This document shows positions 8,018 to 16,800 of a DNA stretch of 60,194 bases, piece after piece. Origin of the DNA: a virus (taxonomy: Duplodnaviria; Caudoviricetes); IMG/VR virus record IMGVR_UViG_3300001450_000036, positions 1 through 60,194 of that record, one strand, 5' to 3'. The translations under genes were made by a program, and so were the position numbers. The notes under the pieces were generated by a model, which searched no databases, was not told where the DNA came from, and worked only from the letters and a program-made list of their open reading frames with translations. How positions within the stretch are numbered: position 1 is the stretch's first letter; every line of letters begins with the position of its first letter.

Positions 8018-9161
8018 CTACAGTTTTAGTTATCAATGTCTGAGTTGTGTCTGTTAACCTTTCTAAAGGAACATTTTCATCATCATACTTAATATTAAGA
8101 ACTTTAGATAATTTCTCAAGGTCTTTTTCAGTTGGGTTTATTGGTTTTATTTTTTCTGAATCAATATTTTCATAATGTAACCCATCATTACCATTTTGAC
8201 CGATAACATTCATCCTATTTTCATCTATATCTAGATTATCTTCTGTATGGTTAATATAGGGTTCTAGGTCTTGGAGGTACTCATCGGTTATTTTTTCTTG
8301 TTCTAGTATCTGTTCTTCGTAGTTAAGGTTTTCCTTTTTACACTCTTCTTCATCGTCTCTTCTTTTTATTTGGTCAAACGCAAAATTCGCTGCTACCACA
8401 AGTGCTATAGCAAGTGGGTCAAAAACAAATATAATAAGTAATAAAAACCAATTTACCACCTGATTCATAGGTTTTCCTGTCACCTCTGCTAGGTATTTTA
8501 ATGGACCTAATTCACTCTCAGCTTCATTTGATATTTCTTTATCTAACAATACCATGTCTGTTTTATTAATAGAGTCCATTACAGCTTCTATTTTAAGATT
8601 AATACCATCTCTTTCAGTAATTGTAGTTTTTAATTCTGATTGTAATGCTCGTCTTGCTGAAGAAGATGATGTTGTAATTAATGTCCCGGATTCTTTATCT
8701 ATATATTGTACTTGAGCTGGATTAGATAATGCAATCCGTAAATCTGAAATTGATTTGGTTAGTCCTTGTTTTTCTATTGATAGGTCTTCTTTAGTTTCTT
8801 GAAATCTTATATTTTTTTGGTTTAGTATTACTAATGATTTATCTAGTAGTTCTGATTGTGTAGCTGTTGACTGGTATGCTCCAGATAAAAATCCATATAT
8901 CCCACCGGATGTGATTACCATCAATATAAATGTCGCTATTGCTAGGTAAGTTCTCAGTACTTTGTTAATGGTACCCCAATACTGGTATAGTAATGATGCG
9001 ACCACTAGTTTTGCAAATTCTAGAGACCCAGCCATTATAATAACTTGTAAACTTGCACCCGCAAATAATTTACTTAATCCGAACACAGAATAGAAAGCTG
9101 CACTACCAGAAACTGCAAGTGCTGATAAAGCTATTAATATGGGAAATAATCTTTTTTTCAT
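7968..9161 (-). CDS. Multi-pass membrane protein with long coiled coil
   Basis: Three N-terminal TM helices, a coiled coil, ELGPLKY, then TM IIFVFDPLAIAL. This pattern is seen in large phages. Confidence 0.75.
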   Translation of the reverse strand: MKKRLFPILIALSALAVSGSAAFYSVFGLSKLFAGASLQVIIMAGSLEFAKLVVASLLYQYWGTINKVLRTYLAIATFILMVITSGGIYGFLSGAYQSTATQSELLDKSLVILNQKNIRFQETKEDLSIEKQGLTKSISDLRIALSNPAQVQYIDKESGTLITTSSSSARRALQSELKTTITERDGINLKIEAVMDSINKTDMVLLDKEISNEAESELGPLKYLAEVTGKPMNQVVNWFLLLIIFVFDPLAIALVVAANFAFDQIKRRDDEEECKKENLNYEEQILEQEKITDEYLQDLEPYINHTEDNLDIDENRMNVIGQNGNDGLHYENIDSEKIKPINPTEKDLEKLSKVLNIKYDDENVPLERLTDTTQTLITKTVDENKDEKTKLKYKGRK

Positions 9162-9182
9162 TTATCCTTTTATTGATAAATA

Positions 9183-9980
9183 TTAATCGGTTAGGTATTC
9201 TAGCAGTTGGTAGCTGTCATTTCTTAACTTTCGTAGAGCTTTTTCTTTTATCTGCCTAACTCTTTCCTTGGTTAGTCCTAACCCATCCCCTATCTCTTGT
9301 AGTGTCATAGGGGTTTCTAGTAAACCATAATAATCCTTTATAATATTTTTTTCTCTTTCGTCTAAACCGGACATTAGTTTAAATAATTCTGTTTTAAGAT
9401 TAAATTCATCGTTAAAAATATCTTCTGGATTTTCAGCGTCTTTATTTTCTATTAAGTCAATTAGTGTATCACCTTCTTCGTTTATAGGTCTGTCGTAATT
9501 AATTGTAGATGGTAAAAGTGCAAGTTTAGTACTTATATTTTCTATTTCATTAGTTACTTTCTTTTTTTCTCTCTGTATTTCCTGAATTATATTCACTGGT
9601 AGTCTAATAGTCCTTGCGTTTTCGTTTAAACATTGTAGAATAGATTGCCTTACCCACCATACGGCATAAGATATAAACCTAAATCCTTTATTCCAGTCAA
9701 AGTTATTTATTGCCTTTAGTAAACCTAGATTCCCTTCTGCTATTAAATCACTTAACTCAATACCTTGATTTTGGTAGTCTTTGGCGACACTGATAACAAA
9801 TCTCAGGTTACCTTCTAAAAGTTCTAGATGTATTTTCTCTATTTCTTTTTTTGTCGTTTCTGAGTTAAGCATTTTTTTAGCTAACTCTTTTTCCCTATCT
9901 GGTGTAAGTATTTTTCTCTTTCTAACATCTTTTAGATAGTAAGAAATTTCTGCTTGGTTGATGAACGTATTTTTTGCCAT
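9183..9980 (-). CDS. rpoD: RpoD/SigA-family RNA polymerase sigma factor (short, no region 1.1)
   Basis: Region 1.2 YLKDV, region 2 NLRFVISVAK...DLIAEGNLGL...GFRFISYAVWWVRQSI, RTIRLP, region 4 TLQEIG...LTKERVRQIKEKALRKL. Confidence 0.95.
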   Translation of the reverse strand: MAKNTFINQAEISYYLKDVRKRKILTPDREKELAKKMLNSETTKKEIEKIHLELLEGNLRFVISVAKDYQNQGIELSDLIAEGNLGLLKAINNFDWNKGFRFISYAVWWVRQSILQCLNENARTIRLPVNIIQEIQREKKKVTNEIENISTKLALLPSTINYDRPINEEGDTLIDLIENKDAENPEDIFNDEFNLKTELFKLMSGLDEREKNIIKDYYGLLETPMTLQEIGDGLGLTKERVRQIKEKALRKLRNDSYQLLEYLTD

Positions 9981-10032
9981 TTATTTATTGTTTTATATAT
10001 TAATACTACAATTAGTGTTCCATAATATAATA

Positions 10033-10049
10033 ACTGACTTTTTGTCAGT
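10033..10049. promoter_or_regulatory. Perfect inverted repeat ACTGAC-N5-GTCAGT in the sigma-gene leader (operator or hairpin)
   Basis: Seen directly between the promoter and the ATG. Confidence 0.45.
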
Positions 10050-10066
10050 ATATTTTATTTAGACTA

Positions 10067-10098
10067 CAAAATTAATAAATAAATTTGACTTACCCAAA
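10067..10098 (-). promoter_or_regulatory. Bacteroidota housekeeping-type promoter (-33 TTTG, -7 TAnnTTTG) upstream of the sigma gene
   Basis: Coding strand TTTG-N20-TAATTTTG, an exact match to the known Bacteroides/Flavobacterium consensus. Confidence 0.7.
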
Positions 10099-10108
10099 TA
10101 TTTTAGGT

Positions 10109-10459
10109 TTAAATTATGTAAGGTTTTAAAACATTTAAAGTATCCTCAGGCCCATCCATTGCTTGACCTAGTGGTGCTTGTGATTTGTCATTGACTGTTG
10201 GTAGGTACGTTTCCTCACCGTTATCGTCTTCTATAACTAGAACTGGGGTATACCATGATAGATTATGTTCTCTTTCTGCATCAATATAGTCCCATCTTGT
10301 GTTACCATTTTGTTTTTTTTGTTCTTCTGTAGCTACTGATATGCATCTATCTATAAATGGTATATTCTTTTCTTTTAATATTTTTTTTGTTTCTAAACAA
10401 TCATCACAAGAATCTTCAGTAAAGATAGACAATTTATATTTTTTAGTATTTAATTTCAA
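10109..10459 (-). CDS. Glutaredoxin/thioredoxin-fold protein
   Basis: IFTEDSCDDCLETKKILKEKNIPF (CxxC) and the cis-Pro motif YTPVLVI. TTG start. Confidence 0.75.
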   Translation of the reverse strand: MKLNTKKYKLSIFTEDSCDDCLETKKILKEKNIPFIDRCISVATEEQKKQNGNTRWDYIDAEREHNLSWYTPVLVIEDDNGEETYLPTVNDKSQAPLGQAMDGPEDTLNVLKPYII

Positions 10460-10467
10460 TTTATAAG

Positions 10468-11025
10468 TTATTTTTTATAATTATTCAAGAATTCTAATTC
10501 TTCTTGTGTTAAACTTTCTAGACCATCATCAATTATCTTATCTAGTAAAATATCAATATTTAGTGGTCGAAGACTTTGTATAATTTTATTAATTCTTACA
10601 GGTTTGTCAAGCTCTGTTACAAGATTTTTAAATTTGTTATCTATTATATGTTTTAACTGTTCTGACAATGCTTTTGCTACTTCAGGATTTATTTGTTTAG
10701 TATTTGTTTGTATGTTTTTACCAAAAAGGTGTTCTTCTAATTTATCATCTAATCTAAAACCTAACTTTCTAGGTTTTGGCATTAGAAAATAAGTACTTAC
10801 CTCTTTAAGTAAAAATTCTTTTAATATACCATCTATCTCATCAAAATCCATTCTAGAATTTACCTGCATAATAATAATCCTCTCACCAGTCACAAAACTA
10901 AACTCGTGATGACTTACTATTGTATCCATAACATCTTTTATATTCATCATTATTTTAGAATTTTTTTCAACGGTCCCCCATTGTCCAAACATAAATAAAA
11001 GGTATTTTTTAATTCTACTTTGCAT
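10468..11025 (-). CDS. Hypothetical protein with DUF6576-like C-terminus
   Basis: C-terminal IDILLDKIIDDGLESLTQEELEFL resembles the tail of Bacteroidota rhomboid-family proteins. Confidence 0.7.
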   Translation of the reverse strand: MQSRIKKYLLFMFGQWGTVEKNSKIMMNIKDVMDTIVSHHEFSFVTGERIIIMQVNSRMDFDEIDGILKEFLLKEVSTYFLMPKPRKLGFRLDDKLEEHLFGKNIQTNTKQINPEVAKALSEQLKHIIDNKFKNLVTELDKPVRINKIIQSLRPLNIDILLDKIIDDGLESLTQEELEFLNNYKK

Positions 11026-11037
11026 ATCTATAAATAT

Positions 11038-13365
11038 TTAATTTAATCTAGAAACATTCTTTTCTTTATTAATTGTTACGGTGTTGTCGGCCCACTCTCT
11101 CACTAAAGGATTATGTGTTATTAAAAAAACATTTTCAAAATACTCTTTAACCCTACTAAAAAATATACCTACTTGTTCTAGATTTTCATTACTTACTTTC
11201 CCCAAAACTTCATCGAATACTGTTACGTTAGGTCGTGGTAAACAGGATACCTTTGTTAGTACAGTTCTAATAGCTAAAGAAGATAGGGTTTTTTCAAAAC
11301 CACTACCACTAGATACTAATTTTTCAACATTTGTATTGTTGTCGACCATCCAAAACTCTACTTCATTTTTATCATTTACCCTTATTTCTACCATAAAATT
11401 AGTTACATCTGACAATAGTCTCATTAGTTCGTTATTAAGTTTTGGGACTACACTTTTTACAATAGTTTTAATTATACCATTTTTACCATAAACTGTTAAA
11501 TAAGCTCTAAAAATTTTATCAACATCACTCTCCTTATTAATTTTACTAATCTTATTCTCTCTGTCTTTTACATTACTATCACCAGTTTCTATGGTGTTTT
11601 TATTATATTCTATCTCTCTCAGTAAGGTATCTTTGGTGTTGTTTAGTACGTCTATTGTGGAGTTTATAGTAAGTATTTTTTTGTCTACCTTACTGTTATT
11701 TTCTAACTTTTCTTTGTTTTGTACCCATTTTTCTAATTTTATATTTAATTCTTTTATTTCTAGATTTTTTTTATCTACCTCCAACATTAACCTTTCTTTT
11801 TTTAATATTTCTTTTTCGTATTCACCAAAAATAGTCTTTTTTGTTGTTAAATTTTCCACTTCATTTTCCAATCTTTCCAATATTTTATCCTCACTATCTA
11901 TTTTGGTCATTAAAACTTCTATTTCTTTTTTTAGGTTTTTTATCTCTTTGGTGTGGTCTACATCTTTAAGTGTTTGTTTACACATAGGGCATATTTCTGA
12001 CTCTACTAAATCTTTTAAGGTATTTTTTTTATTTTTTAAATTAGTGTTATTTTTTATTTTTGTGTGTAAAGTTTTATCTCTTTCTTTAATTTTTTTATCC
12101 AGACTTTCTAAGTTAATTTCTTCTGGTATTTCTTTATCTCCATACGCTTTTAATTTACTCTTTAAAGATTTTAATATTAAACCTTCTTCACTTACCCTTT
12201 CTTCTACTAGTCTTGGGTTTACGTTTACTATATCGGTGTCTATGTCTGTTATTTTTTGACTTATAAGATTGTCTCTTTCTTTATTATTATTTTTTAGTGT
12301 GTCTAAATTTTTATTAAGATTTTTTTCGTTTTCTTTATTTTTTATACTTAATTCTTCTTTTTCTTTATTTATATTTTTAATTTCTTGTTTTAAATCTTCC
12401 ACATTATATACGTTTGATATTAGTTTTTTCGACCAATCCGAATACATTTTTTTACAAGTACCTTCCTTATCTTTTAATATTTCTAACCCTATAAACCTAC
12501 TTAACACATTACCCCTTTCGGTGGGTTTTGACTCTATTAGTGATTCTAAATTACCTGCTGTAGATAGTACTGTTAATAAAAAGTCATTCATTGTACCTAT
12601 AGACTCTTTTATGAATTTTTCTGTTTCTCTTCTCTGTTCACCTGTAAAGTTTTGGACTGAACCGTCTTTTTTTCTTTCTAAAAATTCTAGACTTGTACTA
12701 ACAGACCATTCACCTCTTTTGGTTTTTCTTCTTTTTATTTTACGTAATATAATATAATCACTGCCATCTATTTCCACTTCTCCCTGTACAAAAACTTCAT
12801 TAACTTTTCTAAATCTATTAAAAATATCTATAGCTTTACTTGTTTTAGTGGTAGTATTGAAGAATAGAAATAATATTAAGTCTACAGCTAGTACGGATTT
12901 TCCTCCGAAGTTAGGAGGGTTAGAATCAATTACCGTTATTCCACCTAAATCTTTAAAATCTAAAGTATTGTTATCTCCGAATGACAAAAAATTAGAAAAT
13001 TTTATATTTTTAATATATACTCTTTTGTATTTAGTGTCTATATCGGATTCTTCACTAATTTTTATATTAACCTTATCATCTAATCTTTTTAAAAGGTCTA
13101 TATCTATTTTCATGTCATTAGCCATAACAAATTGTGACATCAGACTTCTTTGGTAGTTGGTGTCCATTACATTTTGTTCTAAATCTATGTCTAACTCATC
13201 TCCGGATGTTTTATCAATAGCTTTAGTGAGTACGGTTACATTCTTAGATTTATACTTATTTTGAAAGTAGCTTCTTACTCTCTTAATCTTTTCTTGGGTG
13301 AAGTTTTCTGGTATGTCTTCCCATGTTACTTTAATAAAAGGATTCTCTAATGTGTCTATATTCAT
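11038..13365 (-). CDS. sbcC: SbcC/Rad50/gp46-like SMC ATPase
   Basis: NFLSFG, Walker A NFGGKS, coiled coil with CPMC zinc hook, signature SGSGFE, Walker B VFDE, H-loop ITH. Confidence 0.92.
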   Translation of the reverse strand: MNIDTLENPFIKVTWEDIPENFTQEKIKRVRSYFQNKYKSKNVTVLTKAIDKTSGDELDIDLEQNVMDTNYQRSLMSQFVMANDMKIDIDLLKRLDDKVNIKISEESDIDTKYKRVYIKNIKFSNFLSFGDNNTLDFKDLGGITVIDSNPPNFGGKSVLAVDLILFLFFNTTTKTSKAIDIFNRFRKVNEVFVQGEVEIDGSDYIILRKIKRRKTKRGEWSVSTSLEFLERKKDGSVQNFTGEQRRETEKFIKESIGTMNDFLLTVLSTAGNLESLIESKPTERGNVLSRFIGLEILKDKEGTCKKMYSDWSKKLISNVYNVEDLKQEIKNINKEKEELSIKNKENEKNLNKNLDTLKNNNKERDNLISQKITDIDTDIVNVNPRLVEERVSEEGLILKSLKSKLKAYGDKEIPEEINLESLDKKIKERDKTLHTKIKNNTNLKNKKNTLKDLVESEICPMCKQTLKDVDHTKEIKNLKKEIEVLMTKIDSEDKILERLENEVENLTTKKTIFGEYEKEILKKERLMLEVDKKNLEIKELNIKLEKWVQNKEKLENNSKVDKKILTINSTIDVLNNTKDTLLREIEYNKNTIETGDSNVKDRENKISKINKESDVDKIFRAYLTVYGKNGIIKTIVKSVVPKLNNELMRLLSDVTNFMVEIRVNDKNEVEFWMVDNNTNVEKLVSSGSGFEKTLSSLAIRTVLTKVSCLPRPNVTVFDEVLGKVSNENLEQVGIFFSRVKEYFENVFLITHNPLVREWADNTVTINKEKNVSRLN

Positions 13366-13369
13366 GTTT

Positions 13370-13400
13370 TAAATATAACACAATAAAGTATATTAATCAA
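13370..13400 (-). promoter_or_regulatory. Putative leaderless promoter TTGA-N19-TATATTTA-N4-ATG
   Basis: Coding strand TTGATT-N17-TATATT-N6-ATG(13365). Confidence 0.65.
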
Positions 13401-14422
13401 TTATAGAAGTAATCTCTAAAAACTTTTCCTTTATATTTTTCTAATTTAGAATATATTTCACCTCTTTTATCTAGTTTGATATCCTTAATTAATAAATCCA
13501 TCTCTTCTTTGGTTTTGGGGGATATCTCAAAAGCTAAATTTTTTGGTATGGAAGCTTTGTTGAATAGTTTAACTACGTTTATTTTATTACTCCAATATTC
13601 TAATGCCTGTATGTACCCCAAATTTAGTCCTATGTTTTTTGTAGTTTTTATCTTAGTAGACTTGTTAAATGCCATTATTAGTAATTTTAGTGTAAAGGGG
13701 ATTTTAAGTTGGGAGATGCTAATATTTATTTTTTCTTGAGGGTAATTTTTAAACTCTTCTTTGTTTTTCATAAGTGAGAAATCCCTCTTAATTTTATCGT
13801 ATTCTTTTTTTGTGATATTACTATCGTATTTGGTGTGGAGTAATCGTGTTGACATCCCGTTAAAATGAAGGTATTCTATAGGTATTTCTTTTATATTTTT
13901 ATTATGTTTTTTTAATATTTTTTGTGATAGTTCTAAATTTTCAAACCCCCAATAGTACTTTTCATCATAACCACCTATTTCTATAAACTTTTTTCTTTCC
14001 ATTACTAATGGAACTTCTTTTAAATAATAAAATCTCTTATCTTTACTAAAGTAATGCATTTCACTACCTGTAGCATAAACATCATCATCGAGAGGTTGGG
14101 TCATTAATCCAACCCAATTTTTTTCTATAATTTCACAATCATCATGAAATATAGCTATGTACTTATGAATAGATTGTTTTACACCATTATTAAGTGCTTT
14201 TGGTAAATGGTATGGTGTGGATTTGATAACACTTATGTTGGTGTGTTCTGATAATTCCCATTTCTTTTCAATGTCTTTATCACCACTGTTATCAACAATA
14301 ATAATTTCAATATTCCAATCTTTTAGGTGTTTAGTTGTTTTGATGATGCTTGGTAATGTTCTTTTTTTAACAAAAAAATCACAAAATGTGTTTATAATGA
14401 TACATGATATAGTTTTATCCAT
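13397..14422 (-). CDS. Glycosyltransferase family 2
   Basis: EIIIVDNS, ALNNG, IFHDDC (DxD-like), IGGYDEKY-WGFE. Confidence 0.85.
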   Translation of the reverse strand: MDKTISCIIINTFCDFFVKKRTLPSIIKTTKHLKDWNIEIIIVDNSGDKDIEKKWELSEHTNISVIKSTPYHLPKALNNGVKQSIHKYIAIFHDDCEIIEKNWVGLMTQPLDDDVYATGSEMHYFSKDKRFYYLKEVPLVMERKKFIEIGGYDEKYYWGFENLELSQKILKKHNKNIKEIPIEYLHFNGMSTRLLHTKYDSNITKKEYDKIKRDFSLMKNKEEFKNYPQEKINISISQLKIPFTLKLLIMAFNKSTKIKTTKNIGLNLGYIQALEYWSNKINVVKLFNKASIPKNLAFEISPKTKEEMDLLIKDIKLDKRGEIYSKLEKYKGKVFRDYFYN

Positions 14423-14426
14423 ATGT

Positions 14427-14457
14427 TAAATATGTTATATTTATTACTATAAATCAA
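14427..14457 (-). promoter_or_regulatory. Putative leaderless promoter TTGA-N19-CATATTTA-N4-ATG
   Basis: Coding strand TTGATT-N17-CATATT-N6-ATG(14422). Confidence 0.55.
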
Positions 14458-14463
14458 TTAGTA

Positions 14464-15225
14464 ATGAAAATACAAATAACCGAGTCTCAGTATAAAAATA
14501 TTCTAGAACAGAAGAGTAAGTGGTTTGATATTATTAGTAGTGGTGTGTTTGACATACAGAACTATATTAAAGACATAAATTGGGATGTTATGGATACCGC
14601 TGTATTGGATGGAATCAGTAGAGATGATATGACATTACTAATAATGGCTTATAAAAAGTTTAAGGGTGGTGTGGGTAATGGAGCACCAAACATAAATCCT
14701 TTACTAACACAGGATGGTGATAAAATTGGTACTGTAAATGGTAGTAATTGGTATAAGTGTGGTAGGTTTGGTAACCCTAAACGTCAACATAATGGGGTGG
14801 ATTTAGATACTCAGGATATAGCAAAAAATCAACCCGCGGTTGCTGCTTGTAATGGTACAATTACAGCAAGTGAGTATGGTGTTGGGAATTGTGGTGGGAT
14901 GATTAAATTAAAGTGTAAAAATGGTTACACAGCTCAATATTGTCATATGGATTTTGTGTTCCCAACAGAAATTATAGTGGGACAACAAGTACCTCAAGGT
15001 TTCCCTATTGGTGTGACTGGGGGTGACAACCCTAATCATGATAAAGAAGGTGGTAGTAGTGGAGCTCACTTACATTACGCAATATTTAAAGATGGTTATT
15101 CTTGGAATCCTTATTATTTACCTTTTACCAAATCTTTAGAGTTTGCTCAAGGTAGTGGTGACGAACCTGAAAAAATGAAGTTATGTAGATGTTCTACTAA
15201 AAGACCTGAATGTTGTTGTAAATAA
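14464..15225 (+). CDS. M23 family peptidoglycan endopeptidase
   Basis: HNGVD (HxxxD), YCHM, SSGAHLHY (HxH). N-terminal MKIQITESQ leader and Cys-rich tail. Confidence 0.9.
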   Translation: MKIQITESQYKNILEQKSKWFDIISSGVFDIQNYIKDINWDVMDTAVLDGISRDDMTLLIMAYKKFKGGVGNGAPNINPLLTQDGDKIGTVNGSNWYKCGRFGNPKRQHNGVDLDTQDIAKNQPAVAACNGTITASEYGVGNCGGMIKLKCKNGYTAQYCHMDFVFPTEIIVGQQVPQGFPIGVTGGDNPNHDKEGGSSGAHLHYAIFKDGYSWNPYYLPFTKSLEFAQGSGDEPEKMKLCRCSTKRPECCCK

Positions 15226-15227
15226 AT

Positions 15228-15575
15228 CTACAGTATTTCAGAATCTAGATAATCATTAGAATCATCATCCTTAGGTGGTTTATTTTCTTCAAACCATTCT
15301 ATAATCGCGTTTAACGCCCACACAGAACCACTGGCTAACATACCATCAAAAAATATATTACTATATTCAAAAGTGCACATTGATAGGGTTGGGGAGTAGA
15401 ATGTAAGTGAGAAGAAAAATCCTACCCATGTTGATGTACACATCATACATGCTAATAGGTCCCCAAAAAAGGTTGATTTTTTAGTTATCCAATTTCTTGG
15501 TTTTTCGAATATACTTCCAAATACTAGTATCTGGGACATTCCGTAAGCGGCTAAAATCCATATAAGTGTTTCCAT
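15228..15575 (-). CDS. DUF1360-like membrane protein with CxxC
   Basis: IFEKPR...LLACMMCTSTWVG plus three hydrophobic helices. Confidence 0.7.
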   Translation of the reverse strand: METLIWILAAYGMSQILVFGSIFEKPRNWITKKSTFFGDLLACMMCTSTWVGFFFSLTFYSPTLSMCTFEYSNIFFDGMLASGSVWALNAIIEWFEENKPPKDDDSNDYLDSEIL

Positions 15576-15578
15576 AAT

Positions 15579-16025
15579 TTAATCTAAATAAGTGTCGTTT
15601 AAGTTAGATGATGTTAGATAATTTGCTCTTCTATTTACTGTAACATTTTTAAAATGTTCTAACACATCCTCTTGTTCTTTTATTTTATTGTTTTGTTGTT
15701 TTATTTTATTTTGTAAATCTAATAACTCTTTTTTTAGTTTTTCTAACTCCTCAATAAGGTGAGTGTCTTTCACTTCTTTAGTTACTATTTTTTCAATTAT
15801 CACCTCTTTTTCTACAGGTATTTCTTTTATTATTTCTTTTATTATTTCTTTCTCTACTGGGACTTCTTGTATTTGAGACTTTGGTAAAAATGGGGCTACC
15901 CCATATTTGTCTAGTGTAAGTCCGTCTTTTGCACATTTTATTATAAACTTTTCCGTATTTTCTACTTCATTTAATTTACAATATAAGTTAAACTCTCTCT
16001 CTAATTCTTTGTTTATATTAACCAT
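15579..16025 (-). CDS. Hypothetical protein with EVPVEK-type repeats and coiled coil
   Basis: EVPVEKEIIKEIIKEIPVEKEVIIEKIVTKEV. Confidence 0.75.
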   Translation of the reverse strand: MVNINKELEREFNLYCKLNEVENTEKFIIKCAKDGLTLDKYGVAPFLPKSQIQEVPVEKEIIKEIIKEIPVEKEVIIEKIVTKEVKDTHLIEELEKLKKELLDLQNKIKQQNNKIKEQEDVLEHFKNVTVNRRANYLTSSNLNDTYLD

Positions 16026-16800
16026 TTATTAAAATTTCTTTTTGTTTTTGGATATCTTCGATATCTTTTATTATAAAATTAAGATATGGTTGGGGATTAT
16101 CAAGATTAAAGGATTTATATTTTTCTTTTTTAACATTGTAAACTCCATATCCGTGATTTTTAATACTTTCACCGAAATTTTGAATTATTGTTGACCCTAT
16201 CATATAAGCTTTTTTATTACCTGGGATTTTAAATTGTTGTCTTTTATGTATATCACCCGCAAGGACTACATCACAACCCTCAAACCTATCTACACTATAA
16301 CCATCATCAAAAATAAACCCAAAGTCGTTAGACGACCCTTCTATTGGTCCGTGAAATAACCCTATTTTATATTTGTCTGTATCCTCTGGAATTTCTGGTC
16401 TTGTGTTGTGTTCTCGTAAAGAATACACACACCACAAAATATTTTCATCCACATAACACCCCGTATCTTTATAATAAATTATATTATCATTATTTAAACT
16501 ATCAACAATAGGTGATAAAGCATCTACTCTATCCATATTATTTTCTAAAAAATCATGATTACCAATTAAATAAATACATTTACAAATTTTAGCTGTTTCT
16601 GTCATAATCCAAGACATTAGATTTATTAGTTCTGGTGTCATTTGGTTTTTGGAGTGGACAAAATCGCCTGTAAAAACTATCCTGTCTGGTTTTTCTTTTT
16701 CCCAAAGTTTAAATGCTTGTTCTAACACTCGTTTGTCTCTTTTATGTTGTTTATAGAGTTTTAAGTGTAAATCCGAGTAATGTATTATTTTATTTATCAT
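16018..16800 (-). CDS. sbcD: SbcD/Mre11/gp47-like metallophosphoesterase nuclease
   Basis: SDLH, TGD, GNHD, FHG and GDIH motifs. SbcC-like partner lies 2.6 kb away. Confidence 0.85.
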   Translation of the reverse strand: MINKIIHYSDLHLKLYKQHKRDKRVLEQAFKLWEKEKPDRIVFTGDFVHSKNQMTPELINLMSWIMTETAKICKCIYLIGNHDFLENNMDRVDALSPIVDSLNNDNIIYYKDTGCYVDENILWCVYSLREHNTRPEIPEDTDKYKIGLFHGPIEGSSNDFGFIFDDGYSVDRFEGCDVVLAGDIHKRQQFKIPGNKKAYMIGSTIIQNFGESIKNHGYGVYNVKKEKYKSFNLDNPQPYLNFIIKDIEDIQKQKEILING

